The notes under the pieces are model-generated. The model did not search any database, was not told the origin of the DNA, and saw nothing but the letters and a program-made list of their open reading frames with translations. Positions 1 through 10,351 of a DNA stretch of 64,000 nucleotides are shown one piece after another. Each line of letters opens with the position of its first letter. Position 1 is the stretch's first letter. A program made the translations under genes and the position numbers. Source of the stretch: Acidimicrobiales bacterium (GTDB taxonomy: Bacteria; Actinomycetota; Acidimicrobiia; Acidimicrobiales; Aldehydirespiratoraceae); the NCBI GenBank assembly GCA_040219515.1, contig JAVJSI010000010.1:158557-222556 (forward strand). Reading direction: 5' to 3'.

Positions 1-5
1 TCCCG

Positions 6-902
6 ATGACGGCGGTTGCACTCTCACCACGGGAGCTCAGGCTCGGACTGGGCGCTTCGTCGGTGGCCGTCGCGGCCTGGGCCGCCGGCAACATCATGGT
101 GACCAAGGTGCCGATGCCGGGTATCCAGATCGCGTTCTGGCGGATCCTGCTCGGCGCCGTGGTCTACACGGCGGCCGTGTACGTGAGCGGACGCCGTCTC
201 ACGGTGCGCCACGTGATCAGGTCTGCACCCACCGGGGCGGCCATCGCGCTGGAGATCGCCGTCTTCTTCGTGGCGCTCAAGTCCACGACCGTGGCCAGTG
301 CCACCGTCATCGGCTCACTCGTGCCGCTGCTGCTGATGGGTGTGGCCGCCCGACGATTCGGCGAACAGGTCACCCGATTTCTGGTGGGAGTGACCGTGGT
401 CTGCCTTCTCGGCGTGGGCCTCGTGATGTCGGGCGCGTCATCGTCGAACTCGTGGAGCCTGCGCGGCGACCTGCTCTCGGTCGTCGCCCTGGTGTTCTTC
501 GCCGCCTATTTCGCGCTGGGCAAGGAGGCTCGCACCGAGGTGCCGGCGCTCGAGTTCCAGGCCTGCATCTGGATCGTGGGCGTGGTCGTGCTGTTCCCGG
601 TCTCGCTGGTCGATGCCGGCGGTGTCGACGTGCCGAGCGCGTCGAACTGGGTGTGGCTGGCTGCGCTCCTCGCGGTGCCCGGCACCGGGCATCTGCTCAT
701 GAACTGGTCCCACGCGCGGGTGCGCCTGTCGGTGAGCTCCATGCTCACGCTCGCGGTTCCGGTGCTCACCACGATCGGTGGCGTCATCTTCCTCGATCAG
801 TCCGTGGGTGCAGTCCAGGTGATCGGCATCGCGGTGGTACTCGGCGCGCTCTCTATGGTGGTTCGCCGTGAGGCGCAACTCATGCGGGCCGTGGGTGATT
901 GA
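6..902 (+). CDS. EamA/DMT-family transporter
   Basis: 298-aa ORF made almost entirely of hydrophobic helices, with two EamA-like halves. High GC3. Its stop overlaps the start region of the next gene. Confidence 0.8.
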   Translation: MTAVALSPRELRLGLGASSVAVAAWAAGNIMVTKVPMPGIQIAFWRILLGAVVYTAAVYVSGRRLTVRHVIRSAPTGAAIALEIAVFFVALKSTTVASATVIGSLVPLLLMGVAARRFGEQVTRFLVGVTVVCLLGVGLVMSGASSSNSWSLRGDLLSVVALVFFAAYFALGKEARTEVPALEFQACIWIVGVVVLFPVSLVDAGGVDVPSASNWVWLAALLAVPGTGHLLMNWSHARVRLSVSSMLTLAVPVLTTIGGVIFLDQSVGAVQVIGIAVVLGALSMVVRREAQLMRAVGD

Positions 903-919
903 ACGAAACAGGGGATCGA

Positions 920-2566
920 GTGGGGAATCGCTACGACTACGTGATCGTCGGCGGGGGCTCCGCCGGCTGTGCGATGGCGAACCGCCTGTCGGCCGACCCG
1001 TCGGTGTCGGTTCTCGTGCTCGAGGCGGGCCGCCGAGACTGGAAGTTCGACGTCTACATCCACATGCCCGCCGCGCTGTCGTTCGGTATCGGCAATCGGT
1101 TCTACGACTGGAAGTACGAATCCGAACCCGAGCCCCACATGAACGGACGGCGGATCCACCACGCCCGGGGCAAGGTGCTCGGCGGATCGTCGAGCATCAA
1201 CGGAATGATCTTTCAGCGCGGCAACCCGCTCGACTACGAGCGCTGGGCCACCGACGCGGGCATGGCCACCTGGGACTACGCCCATTGCCTGCCCTACTTC
1301 AAGCGCATGGAGAACTGCCTCGCGCCCGATGACGGCCCGGATCATCGGGGCGACGACGGCCCGTTGATCCTCGAACGAGGGCCGGCGACCAATCCGCTCT
1401 TCGAGGCATTCCTCGACGCGACCGTCGAGGCGGGTCATCCCCGAACGAGCGATGTCAACGGCCATCGCCAGGAAGGGTTCAACGCGTTCGACCGCAACGT
1501 CCATCGGGGCCGGCGGCTGAGCGCGGCCCGCGCCTACCTCCACCCGGCACTCCCGCGACCGAATCTCGATCTCGTCACCGGGGCGATGGTCGACAAGGTG
1601 CGGTTCACCGGCACGCGGGCCACCGGCGTCGGGTACCGCCGCCGGGGTCGGACCCGGGTCGTCGAGGCCGGCGAGGTGATCCTCTGCGGGGGTGCGATCA
1701 ACACGCCGCAGGTGATGCAGCTGTCGGGCGTCGGCCCGGCCGAGTTGCTCGAACGCCACGGGATTCCCGTGGTGGCCGATGTCGCCGGTGTGGGCCGGAA
1801 CCTGCAGGACCATCTCGAGGTGTACGTGCAGTACGCCTGCACCCAGCCCGTCTCGCTGCAGCCGAACCTCGCCTTCTGGAGACGCCCCTGGATCGGGCTG
1901 CAGTGGCTGTTCCGACGAGGCCCCGGGGCATCGAACCACTTCGAGGCCGGTGGGTTCATCCGCAGCAATGACGACGTCGACTATCCGAACCTCATGTTCC
2001 ATTTCCTGCCGATCGCCATTCGTTACGACGGGTCGACGCCGGAGGGCGGTCACGGCTATCAGGTCCATGTCGGCCCGATGTACGCCGACACCCGTGGTTC
2101 CGTCGAGATCAAGAGCCGTGATCCGCGTGAGAAGCCGGCCCTGCGGTTCAACTATCTGTCCACCGAGAACGATCGGCGCGAGTGGGTCGAGGCGGTACGT
2201 CACGCTCGTCGCATCCTCGGTCAACCGGCGATGGCGTCGTTCAACGGTGGTGAGGTGTCGCCGGGTCCCGGCGTCGAGACCGACGAAGAGATCCTCGAGT
2301 GGGTACGCAACGACGCCGAGACCGCCTTGCACCCCTCGTGCACGGCGAAGATGGGCGTGGGCCCCGACGCCGTGCTCGACCCGACATCGATGGAGGTCCG
2401 CGGCGTCGACGGCCTTCGCGTCGTCGACGCATCGGCGATGCCCTACGTCACCAACGGCAACATCTACGCCCCGGTGATGATGCTCGCCGAGAAGGCCGCC
2501 GACCTCATCCTCGGCAACACGCCGCTCGCCCCCGAACCCGTCGCCTTCCACCGTCACCGCCTCTGA
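920..2566 (+). CDS. GMC-family FAD oxidoreductase (choline dehydrogenase-like)
   Basis: N-terminal [13 protein letters not shown] Rossmann motif and GGSSSINGM. Length and C-terminus are typical of BetA-like GMC enzymes. GTG at 920 is preceded by AGGGGA; an alternative TTG at 899 overlaps the upstream stop. Confidence 0.85.
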   Translation: MGNRYDYVIVGGGSAGCAMANRLSADPSVSVLVLEAGRRDWKFDVYIHMPAALSFGIGNRFYDWKYESEPEPHMNGRRIHHARGKVLGGSSSINGMIFQRGNPLDYERWATDAGMATWDYAHCLPYFKRMENCLAPDDGPDHRGDDGPLILERGPATNPLFEAFLDATVEAGHPRTSDVNGHRQEGFNAFDRNVHRGRRLSAARAYLHPALPRPNLDLVTGAMVDKVRFTGTRATGVGYRRRGRTRVVEAGEVILCGGAINTPQVMQLSGVGPAELLERHGIPVVADVAGVGRNLQDHLEVYVQYACTQPVSLQPNLAFWRRPWIGLQWLFRRGPGASNHFEAGGFIRSNDDVDYPNLMFHFLPIAIRYDGSTPEGGHGYQVHVGPMYADTRGSVEIKSRDPREKPALRFNYLSTENDRREWVEAVRHARRILGQPAMASFNGGEVSPGPGVETDEEILEWVRNDAETALHPSCTAKMGVGPDAVLDPTSMEVRGVDGLRVVDASAMPYVTNGNIYAPVMMLAEKAADLILGNTPLAPEPVAFHRHRL

Positions 2567-2588
2567 GCTCGGCCGAGGTCGGACCAGG

Positions 2589-2654
2589 GTGGGACAGGGG
2601 TCTGACCCCAGCGTCCCTTCTGGTTGGGACAGTGGGGTCAGACCCCCGTCCCAC
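2589..2654. repeat. Two REP-like nested-palindrome units (GGGAC..GGGGTC.GACCCC..GTCCC) in a convergent spacer
   Basis: gtgggacaggggtctgacccc (2589-2609) and ggggtcagacccccgtcccac (2634-2654) are reverse complements with 1 mismatch. Each also contains its own GGGGTC-N-GACCCC palindrome. The same unit recurs at 37931-37957. Confidence 0.6.
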
Positions 2655-4425
2655 CTTTGGCTTCAGGGCCGGCGAGTTCGGCGCCAGCCGAACTCGACGC
2701 AACGCGAAGCGTGGCCGGAATCCAGCCGCGGAGGGAGTTGATGGCCCAGATGGCCTCGGCCCGGGCGAGATCGTCGATGGTGACCACGGCTTCACGGATG
2801 CGGCCGTTGGCGAGGAGTTCGGCGCGGAATGTGCCCGGTAGGAGTCCGCTCGACTCGGGTGGAGTCACGGCCTCGCCGCCGAGCTCCACCACGAGGTTGG
2901 CGACGGTCGTCTCGGTCACCTCGCCTCGCTCGTTCCAGAGCACGACATCGTCGGCTTTGCGGGCCCGAGCGGTTGCCGCCTCGTAGCGGTCTCGGCGGGT
3001 GGTTTTGTGGCGGAGGAACTCGTCGTCGCTCCTCACCGGCTCGGAGTCGAGCGTGAGCACCCAGGGCTCGTGCCGCGCCGGTGGCGGGTCGAGCACCTGC
3101 ACCTCGAGCGCGCCGTCGGGGGAGAGCAGTACCCGGATTCGGCGGGCCGTGTCGGCCCGCACGGCGCCGAGGCGACGGTTGACCTCGTCGATGTCGCAGT
3201 CGAAGCCGAAGTGGGCGGCCGATGCGGCCAGGCGCTGGAGGTGGCGGTCGAGGAGGATCGGGCCGGCCCCCGGGTCCCACCCGAGTGTCTCGAGCAGCCG
3301 GAACGGGCGGGTGGCCCGATGGAGGACGCGAGCCTTGTCGTGCGCCTCGTTCCACTCGGCGGTCTCGTCGCTGTCCCACACGATGCCCCCGCCCACGCCG
3401 TAGACGGCCCGGTCCCGGCGGCGGTCGACCCATGCCGTGCGGATCGCGATGTTGAACTCGGCGTCGCCCCCGGGCTCGATCACGCCGACCGCGCCGGTGT
3501 AGATGCCGCGTGGTTCGGATTCCAGTTCGGTGATGATCTTCGACGTGGCGACCTTCGGCGCGCCGGTGATCGAGGCACCGGGGAAGGTGGCGGCGAACAG
3601 TTCCCGCAGCGATGCATCGGTGGTGGCGGTCACCGTGGAGGTGAGTTGATGGACGGTCGGATAGCTCTCCACCGTGTGGAGCGCAGTGGTGTCGACAGAG
3701 CCGACGTCGGCGATGCGGCCGAGGTCGTTGCGGGCCATGTCGACGATCATCGTGTTCTCGGCCCGGTCCTTCTCGCTCGCGACCAGCTCGTCGGCCAGGT
3801 CACGATCGACGGTCGGGTCGGGGTGGCGCGGCCGGGTGCCCTTCATCGGGCGCGTCTCGACCATGCGTCCGGAACGGCGGACGAAGAGTTCGGGCGACGC
3901 CGAGCACACGGCGGCGTCGCCGAGGTCGATGAAGGCAAGGTGATCGGCCCGCTGGGCACGGCACAGTGCGGCGAACAATCCTTCCGGGTCGCCCTCGAAC
4001 CGAGCGTGGAGGCGCATCGTGTAGTTGACCTGGTAGGTGTCGCCGGCGGCGATGCGTTCGCGGATGGAACGCACGGACGACTCGAATCGATCCTGGGTGT
4101 TCGACGCGGTCCACTCGCCGGTGGTGAAAACCCGTCCGGCAGGTCCGCGCGAAGGCTTCGCATCGGCAAAGGCGGCCAACGCGACCAGCGGCACACCGGG
4201 ATCGCGATGTGACCGGATGGCCGAGTCGAACGCCGGGCCCGCGTCATAGCTGACGAACCCCGCGACCCAGCAGCCTTCGTGTGCGGCCGCCTCGGCGGCA
4301 TCGAGGACCGGCCCGACCTCGTCGAGATCGTTCGCCAGGAACTGTCGGACCGGGTCGACGAAGGACAACCACCGGCGGCCCTGTGGGCTGGCGTGGCGGA
4401 CGAGCGCCCGTTCGACACGGATCAT
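2638..4425 (-). CDS. pabB: Aminodeoxychorismate synthase component I fused to an aminodeoxychorismate lyase-like (class IV aminotransferase fold) domain
   Basis: The chorismate-binding core (…PGASITGAPK…, …GIYTGAVG…) is followed by a C-terminal PabC-like region (…VLWNERGEVTETTVANL…). The ATG at 4425 (MIRVERAL) is chosen over the longer ORF start at 4596. Confidence 0.8.
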   Translation of the reverse strand: MIRVERALVRHASPQGRRWLSFVDPVRQFLANDLDEVGPVLDAAEAAAHEGCWVAGFVSYDAGPAFDSAIRSHRDPGVPLVALAAFADAKPSRGPAGRVFTTGEWTASNTQDRFESSVRSIRERIAAGDTYQVNYTMRLHARFEGDPEGLFAALCRAQRADHLAFIDLGDAAVCSASPELFVRRSGRMVETRPMKGTRPRHPDPTVDRDLADELVASEKDRAENTMIVDMARNDLGRIADVGSVDTTALHTVESYPTVHQLTSTVTATTDASLRELFAATFPGASITGAPKVATSKIITELESEPRGIYTGAVGVIEPGGDAEFNIAIRTAWVDRRRDRAVYGVGGGIVWDSDETAEWNEAHDKARVLHRATRPFRLLETLGWDPGAGPILLDRHLQRLAASAAHFGFDCDIDEVNRRLGAVRADTARRIRVLLSPDGALEVQVLDPPPARHEPWVLTLDSEPVRSDDEFLRHKTTRRDRYEAATARARKADDVVLWNERGEVTETTVANLVVELGGEAVTPPESSGLLPGTFRAELLANGRIREAVVTIDDLARAEAIWAINSLRGWIPATLRVASSSAGAELAGPEAKGGTGV

Positions 4426-4498
4426 GCCGAAGAAGTATGCCAACGGCCCTCGCGGCCCGCAGAGCCTGACGCTACGCTTTTTCGGTGAGGAGCGGCTG

Positions 4499-5650
4499 TT
4501 GCCTCTGACCCGATACGCCCGCATAGAGGAATCCCCGTTCTTGCGACGTGCCCTGGAGATCGCCGACCCGACGCGAGCTGCGCTCAGCGTGGCCAACCAG
4601 ACGTACCACCTGCTGCACTACGGCGACCCCGTGGCCGAGTACTGGGCCCTCGTCGACGGGGTCACGCTCTGGGACGTCGCCCACGAACGTCAGGTCGAGA
4701 TCGCCGGTCCCGACGCGATGGCGTTCATGCAGTCGATCGTCACTCGTGATCTCTCCAGCCACGAGGTCGGCCAGGCCAAGTACGCGTTCATGACCAACGC
4801 CGAGGGCGGCATCATCTGCGATCCCGTGGTGCTGCGGCTCGACGAGGATCGTTTCTGGCTCGGGGCCGCCGATGCCGACGTTCATCTCTGGTGCCAGGCA
4901 CTCGCCCTGGCCGGGCCCTTCGACGTGACGGTGCGTGTCCCCGACGTCGCACCGGTGCAGATCCAGGGCCCGCACGCTGCGGCCGTGATGGAGGACATCT
5001 TCGGCGACGAGCTCCCCGACCTCGGCTACTACCGACTGGCTCGGCGGCATCGCGACGACCTCGATCTGGTGATCGCCCGCACCGGGTGGGGTGGCACCGA
5101 CGGCTTCGAGGTCTACGTTCTCGACGCACGAGCCGAGGACAACGCACGGGCCGAGCGATGGTGGGACACGGTGATGCGGGCCGGCGAGCGTCACGACATC
5201 GTCGCCGCGGCCCCGAACCATGTCCGACGGATCGAGGCGGGAATGCTCTCGTTGGGCTGTGACATCGACGCTGCCACCACGCCGCTCGAGGTCGGCAGCG
5301 GCTTCGGCTGGATGGTGGATCTCGATCAGCCCGACGACTTCATCGGGAAGGCCGCGCTGACCATCCAGCGGACCGCGGGACCGCGAACGCAGATCGTGGG
5401 CGTCGATCTCGACGGTCCGGACCTCGGCACGTTCACCGACGGGGACATGCCACGTGTGCTTCCGGCACTGCGGAACGGCATCGAGGTCGGTACGCTCACG
5501 TCGGCCTGTCACTCACCGCGACTGCGTCGCAACATCGGGTTCCTACGAGTCGCCGCCGGCGAGGTCGGGCCCGGCGACCGGTTCTCGGTTCCCCATCCCA
5601 CCCACCGCTGTTTGACTGCCACGGTGACACGGAAGCCGCATCTGAAGTGA
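4499..5650 (+). CDS. GcvT-family (aminomethyltransferase fold) THF-dependent enzyme, possibly a demethylase
   Basis: GcvT-like blocks are present (…YWALVDGVTLWDV…, …AFMTNAEGGIICD…, …RIEAGMLSLGCDI…, …SACHSPRL…). TTG at 4499 follows GGTGAGGAG. The longest-ORF ATG at 4424 overlaps the pabB start and is less likely. Confidence 0.7.
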   Translation: MPLTRYARIEESPFLRRALEIADPTRAALSVANQTYHLLHYGDPVAEYWALVDGVTLWDVAHERQVEIAGPDAMAFMQSIVTRDLSSHEVGQAKYAFMTNAEGGIICDPVVLRLDEDRFWLGAADADVHLWCQALALAGPFDVTVRVPDVAPVQIQGPHAAAVMEDIFGDELPDLGYYRLARRHRDDLDLVIARTGWGGTDGFEVYVLDARAEDNARAERWWDTVMRAGERHDIVAAAPNHVRRIEAGMLSLGCDIDAATTPLEVGSGFGWMVDLDQPDDFIGKAALTIQRTAGPRTQIVGVDLDGPDLGTFTDGDMPRVLPALRNGIEVGTLTSACHSPRLRRNIGFLRVAAGEVGPGDRFSVPHPTHRCLTATVTRKPHLK

Positions 5651-6933
5651 GCAACACCGAGGACGACACCGCGCTCGAGGGGGGACCCTACGTCGAGGGG
5701 AATCCGACCGCCGCTGCGCGCGGCCTGCTGGTCGGTATCGCGCTGCTCATGGCGGGCAACGGCCTGCAGGGTTCGCTCATCGGTGTCCGTAGTGAGTCCG
5801 AAGGCTTCTCCCTCGGCGCGATCGGTGTGGTGATGGCGATGTACTTCGCCGGCTTCCTCGTCGGGAGTCGTTCGGCCGAGCTTCTGCTGGCGAAGGTCGG
5901 TCACATCCGGGTGTTCTCGGCTCTCGCGTCGACGGCGTCGGGGGCGGTGTTGGTGCACGCCGTTTTCATCTCGCCGGTCTCCTGGGGGCTGATGCGCTTC
6001 GCCACCGGCATGTGCATGGCGGGTCTCTACGTGGTCGCCGAGTCATGGCTCAACGACATCGCCACGAACGCCAACCGGGGTCGCCTGCTCTCGGCCTACA
6101 TGATGGCCTCGATGGGTGGTCTCACCATCGGCCAGCTCCTCCTCGAGGTGGCCGACCCCGACGGGTTCGAGCTGTTCGTGCTCACCTCGGTGCTGGTGTC
6201 GTCGTCGGTGCTGCCGGTCACGCTGTCGGCCTCGAGCGCACCGCCGATGGGGATTCCCGAGCCGCTGTCCTTTCGAGAGTTGTTGCGTCAAGTGCCCACC
6301 GGGGTGATCAGTTCGTTCTGGGTCGGGACCTCGGCGGGCGTGTTGCTGGGCCTCAGCGCGGTCTATGCGGCCGTGGCCGACGTGCCCGATTCACGGATCT
6401 CGCTCTTCCTCGCCGCCCCGCTGGTCGGGTCGCTGGTGTTCCAGTTCCCGATCGGTTGGATCTCGGACCGCATCTCGCGACGCACGGTGATGTGGTGGGT
6501 GGCGGCCTCGGCCTCGGCCCTTTCGGCGGCGCTCGCCCTGCTGCCGGCCGGGAGCTGGGCAGCCATCGTCATGATGGTCATGCTCGGCGGCGTGATCTTC
6601 CCGCTCTACTCGCTGACGATCGCGTTCACCGCGGACTGGCTGCCGCAGTCACAGCTCACCTCCGCCTCGGCCGCGCTGGTGCGGGTCAACGGCGTGGGTG
6701 CGGTCTTCGGGCCACTCATTGCTGCGCCGCTCATGGCCGCAGGCTCGCCGCGGATGTTCTTCTGGATGATGGCGGTCACCCACGGCGTGATCGTCGTCTA
6801 CATCGCGTGGCGGGTGCTGTTCCGGGACGCGTTGCCGGTCGAGCGGCAGGGCCCGTTCATCGCGTATCCGGCTCGGGCGTCGGCGGTGGCCGCGAATCTC
6901 ATCGGCCGACGGCGCCCGCCGGGAGCCGACTGA
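5647..6933 (+). CDS. MFS transporter
   Basis: 428 aa with about 12 hydrophobic helices. The GTG start overlaps the upstream stop (GTGA), which suggests coupling to the GcvT-like gene. Confidence 0.8.
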   Translation: MSNTEDDTALEGGPYVEGNPTAAARGLLVGIALLMAGNGLQGSLIGVRSESEGFSLGAIGVVMAMYFAGFLVGSRSAELLLAKVGHIRVFSALASTASGAVLVHAVFISPVSWGLMRFATGMCMAGLYVVAESWLNDIATNANRGRLLSAYMMASMGGLTIGQLLLEVADPDGFELFVLTSVLVSSSVLPVTLSASSAPPMGIPEPLSFRELLRQVPTGVISSFWVGTSAGVLLGLSAVYAAVADVPDSRISLFLAAPLVGSLVFQFPIGWISDRISRRTVMWWVAASASALSAALALLPAGSWAAIVMMVMLGGVIFPLYSLTIAFTADWLPQSQLTSASAALVRVNGVGAVFGPLIAAPLMAAGSPRMFFWMMAVTHGVIVVYIAWRVLFRDALPVERQGPFIAYPARASAVAANLIGRRRPPGAD

Positions 6934-7037
6934 GGCCCGACTTCACCAGACGGGTGAGGAAGAGGCTGGTGCTCCCCGATGGCCATCAGACGATCGAGGA
7001 GGCGGTGGTGGCGTGGCCCGGCCCGCCGTCTCGAACG

Positions 7038-9068
7038 CTAGGTCGGTGGCGGTCGTCGTCGCCGCCGCTTCGGGCGGCCGGATGCCGACTCGGCGAGGCG
7101 CGGCGGCAGATCGACGATGCCGGCCAGATGGGGGCTGGGTGCCGTGTCGTGCGGGAACGCCATGGCGGCGACGAAGAGTTCCTGGAAGCGGGGTTCGGTC
7201 GCCGTCTCGATCTTCTCGATGCCGTCGACGGCGGCGGCGATCTCGGCCCGCTGGGCAGCCGATACGAGCATCCGCACGGCGCCGGCTCCCGACGAGTTGC
7301 CCACGGCACGGACACCCTCGACCGGACAGTCGGGGACGAGGCCGAGGACCAGCGCGTACAGCGGATCGATGTGGGCGCCGAACGCACCGGCGAGCCGGAC
7401 GTCGTGCACCTCGTCGATCCCGGCGTGTTCCATCAGCAGATCGATGCCGGCCCGCAGCGCCGACCCGGCGAGCTGGATCTGGCGCACGTCGTCCTGCGTG
7501 ATGGCGAGTTCGGGGTCGTCGCCCTCGGCGGCTCGGATGACGTAGCGGAACGTGCGATGGTCGGGCTTCACCCGGTCCGTGACCGCGGCGAGTGCGCCCT
7601 GGACGACACCGTTCTGGTCACACACGCCGGCCAGGTACATCTCGCCGATGATCTCGATGATCGCCGAGCCACAGAGGCCGGCGACATCGAGCTTCGCCGT
7701 CTCCTCCGCGAATCCGGGTTCGTCGCTCCAGAGATCGGATCCGATGACCTTGTAGCGCGGTGCGAAGGTCGCCCGGTCGATGCGGATGCGCTCGATGGCC
7801 CCGGCGGTGGCCCGCATGCCGCAACTGATCTGGGCGCCCTCGAACGCCGGGCCGGTGGGGGAGGACGCGGCATACGTGGCGCGGGCGGTGCCGAGGACGA
7901 TCTCGGCGTTGGTCCCCACATCGACCATCAGTTGCGGGTGGTCGCTGCGGTGGGTGCCCTCGTTCAGCGTCGCTGCGGCGGCATCGGCGCCGACATGGCC
8001 GGCGATGCAGGGGCCGACATGGGCTCGGGCGAACGGGAGGTCGAGATCGAGTTCGTCGGCACGGAGGTCGACGGGCGCGCCGACGGTGAGGGTGAACGGG
8101 GCGGCGCCGAGCGGGGTGGGGTCGATGCCCAACAGCAGATGGTGCATGACCGGATTGCCGACCAGCACCACATCGTGGATGCGGCGGCGCAGGTCGACCG
8201 ACTCCTCGCTCAGGTCGGCCGCGAGCTCGTCGACCATGCCGTCGAGGGCGGCTCGGACCGCGGCGGTGAGTTCTCGCTCGCCCCCCGGGTTCATCATCAC
8301 GTAGGACACCCGGCTCATGAGGTCTTCACCGAAGCGGATCTGCGGGTTCATCGCGCCGCCGCCGGCGATGACCTCGCCGGTGGCGAGGTCGACGAGGTAG
8401 CCGGCGATGGTGGTCGACCCGACATCGATCGCCAGGCCGAGCACGGTCTCGTCGAAACCGGGTCGCACGTGCATGACCGTGCCGTCGGTGTGGACGATCG
8501 CGGTGACCGCGCGCTTGCCGGTGCGGATGGCGAGCTGGAGGTCGGGCAGGGAGCGGGCGTCGACGATGGCGTCGGTGATGCCCCAGTCGGCCTCGAGCGC
8601 GGTGGCGAGCAGCTCGGCGTCGGTCCGCTCGTCACCGAGGTCGAGGGACGGTAGTTCGACGTAGCGGGCCACGACCAACGGGTCGAGTGTGAGCCCGGTG
8701 AGGTCGATCTTCTTGCGCACGACGGGACGGTGAACCTGGCTCTCGGCCGGTACGTCGACGACGAGGTCGCCGCACACCAGCGCCTGGCAACCGAGCCGGT
8801 TGCCGTCGGCGATGGGGCGGCGGCCGCGATAGTTCGTCTCGCTCGAGGTCCACTCGCTCACGTCGTCGGGGGTCGAGGCGATCTTCCACTTCGCGAACTC
8901 GCCGAACGCGGGCCGGACCTGGCACCGGCCGCAGAGGCCCCGGCCTCCGCAGGTGGAGTCGAGGTCGACGGCCACCGAACGGGCGGCGTCGAGCAGGGTG
9001 GTGCCGGCCGGGACGCGGGTCTTCACCCCCGAGGGGGTGAAGACCACGGTGACATCGGCGTCGGTCAT
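7038..9068 (-). CDS. RACo-like corrinoid reductive activator (N-terminal 2Fe-2S ferredoxin plus ASKHA ATPase domain)
   Basis: The N-terminus CGGRGLCGRCQV…C is plant-type ferredoxin-like. The long C-terminal region is ASKHA/DUF4445-like (…AIDVGSTTIAGYL…, …DVGTNAEIV…). Last gene of the corrinoid operon. Confidence 0.8.
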   Translation of the reverse strand: MTDADVTVVFTPSGVKTRVPAGTTLLDAARSVAVDLDSTCGGRGLCGRCQVRPAFGEFAKWKIASTPDDVSEWTSSETNYRGRRPIADGNRLGCQALVCGDLVVDVPAESQVHRPVVRKKIDLTGLTLDPLVVARYVELPSLDLGDERTDAELLATALEADWGITDAIVDARSLPDLQLAIRTGKRAVTAIVHTDGTVMHVRPGFDETVLGLAIDVGSTTIAGYLVDLATGEVIAGGGAMNPQIRFGEDLMSRVSYVMMNPGGERELTAAVRAALDGMVDELAADLSEESVDLRRRIHDVVLVGNPVMHHLLLGIDPTPLGAAPFTLTVGAPVDLRADELDLDLPFARAHVGPCIAGHVGADAAAATLNEGTHRSDHPQLMVDVGTNAEIVLGTARATYAASSPTGPAFEGAQISCGMRATAGAIERIRIDRATFAPRYKVIGSDLWSDEPGFAEETAKLDVAGLCGSAIIEIIGEMYLAGVCDQNGVVQGALAAVTDRVKPDHRTFRYVIRAAEGDDPELAITQDDVRQIQLAGSALRAGIDLLMEHAGIDEVHDVRLAGAFGAHIDPLYALVLGLVPDCPVEGVRAVGNSSGAGAVRMLVSAAQRAEIAAAVDGIEKIETATEPRFQELFVAAMAFPHDTAPSPHLAGIVDLPPRLAESASGRPKRRRRRPPPT

Positions 9069-9095
9069 GCGGGCTCGGTCATGCGGCCGCCGTGC

Positions 9096-10007
9096 TCAGG
9101 TCGCCGCGCCGCCGCGGCGGCGTCCACCCCGACGACGCGCGCCGCCGGCCCCGGTGCCGGCGTTGGGGTCGCGGAACTGTTGAATCCACGCCGAGCAGTC
9201 CTTGTCCTGACCGGCGAGCACATCCGCGGCCATGATCGCGGTCTTCACCTCGTCGTGAAGGGGACTCATGATGGCCGACGTCATTCCGGCACCGATGGCC
9301 ATGGCCAGGTAGGTGCCGGTGATGGCATGGCGGTTGGGCAGGCCGAAACTGACGTTGGAGGCGCCGCACGTTGTGTTGACGCCCAATTCCTCGCGGAGGC
9401 GACGGACGAGCGCGAACACCTGCTGGCCGGCCGTGCCCATCGCGCCGATCGGCATCACCAGGGGATCGACGATCACGTCCTCCTTCGGGATGCCGTAGTC
9501 GGCCGCGGCGAGCACGATCTTCTTGGCCACCTCGAAACGCACGTCGGGGTCTTCGCTGATACCGGTTTCGTCGTTGGAGATGGCGACGACGGCGGCACCG
9601 TGCTTCGCGACCAGCGGGAGGACACGCTCCATCACCTCGTTCTCACCGGTGACCGAGTTGATCAGCGGCTTGCCCTGATAGACGGCGATGCCGGCCTCGA
9701 GCGCTTCGATGATCGACGAGTCGATGGCGAGGGGCACGTCGGTGACCGACTGCACCAGCTGGATCGCCTGGGCGAGCAGTGCCGGCTCGTCGGCCAGCGG
9801 GATGCCGGCGTTGACGTCGAGCATGTGGGCACCGGCGGCGACCTGTGCGAGGGCGTCGGCCTCGACCCGGCTGAAGTCGCCGTTCTTCATCTCTTCGGCG
9901 AGGAGCTTGCGGCCCGTGGGGTTGATGCGCTCACCGATCATCACGAAGGGACGATCGAAGCCGATGACGACCTCTTTGGTTGCGGAGCTGATGACGGTGT
10001 CGGTCAC
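9096..10007 (-). CDS. Methyltetrahydrofolate:corrinoid methyltransferase (pterin-binding, MtrH/AcsE/MetH-like)
   Basis: GERINPTGRK, …MLDVNAG…, …PLAIDSS…, …INSVTGE… and …CGASNVSFGLP… are hallmarks of the pterin-binding barrel. The GTG at 10007 overlaps the upstream stop (GTGA). The longer ORF extension is Arg-rich and implausible. Confidence 0.8.
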   Translation of the reverse strand: MTDTVISSATKEVVIGFDRPFVMIGERINPTGRKLLAEEMKNGDFSRVEADALAQVAAGAHMLDVNAGIPLADEPALLAQAIQLVQSVTDVPLAIDSSIIEALEAGIAVYQGKPLINSVTGENEVMERVLPLVAKHGAAVVAISNDETGISEDPDVRFEVAKKIVLAAADYGIPKEDVIVDPLVMPIGAMGTAGQQVFALVRRLREELGVNTTCGASNVSFGLPNRHAITGTYLAMAIGAGMTSAIMSPLHDEVKTAIMAADVLAGQDKDCSAWIQQFRDPNAGTGAGGARRRGGRRRGGAAT

Positions 10008-10351
10008 TGGTCTGGCCCTCCATCGGGCTCGATCCCGCCGGCGGCCACAAGGGCTTCCAGGCGGTCTCGGGGGTAGTCGGAATGGATCGCGTCGGCGGTG
10101 GCCTGCGCGAGTTCGGTCGGGTCGCCCTCGAGCGGCGCCGCGACGCGTCGCCACTGCTCGACATAGCTCTGGGTCTCGGTGAGGCCCGCAACGTGTGCGG
10201 CGCGGTCGATGGCGTGCTGGAAGCGGGGCTCGAGCAGCACCTTCTCGTTGGCGCCGTCAGGGGTGGTGACGGTGATCTGGGCGGGGATGTCGCGCCAGAA
10301 GATGGTGACGATGCCGGGCGAGGCGGCCCGACGGCGGCCCGCGCGGGTCAT
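10004..10351 (-). CDS. Small conserved protein of corrinoid methyltransferase clusters (recalled as the PF13769-type 'virulence factor' family)
   Basis: 115 aa (…IVTIFWRDIPAQITV…). Coupled by ATGA upstream and GTGA downstream. The family assignment is from memory only. Confidence 0.5.
   Translation of the reverse strand: MTRAGRRRAASPGIVTIFWRDIPAQITVTTPDGANEKVLLEPRFQHAIDRAAHVAGLTETQSYVEQWRRVAAPLEGDPTELAQATADAIHSDYPRDRLEALVAAGGIEPDGGPDQ

Noticed and set aside
4423-4426. Divergent gene pairs whose longest ORFs both start in one CATG palindrome: 4423-4426 (pabB / GcvT-like), 24969-24972 (GT / GH) and 56087-56090 (DsbA-like / P450)
   Set aside because: This is mostly an artefact of longest-ORF extension. 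The GcvT-like gene has a better TTG at 4499 after GGTGAGGAG, and the P450 fits family length from the GTG at 56190. Only the GT/GH pair may truly overlap, and it is reported separately at low interest.
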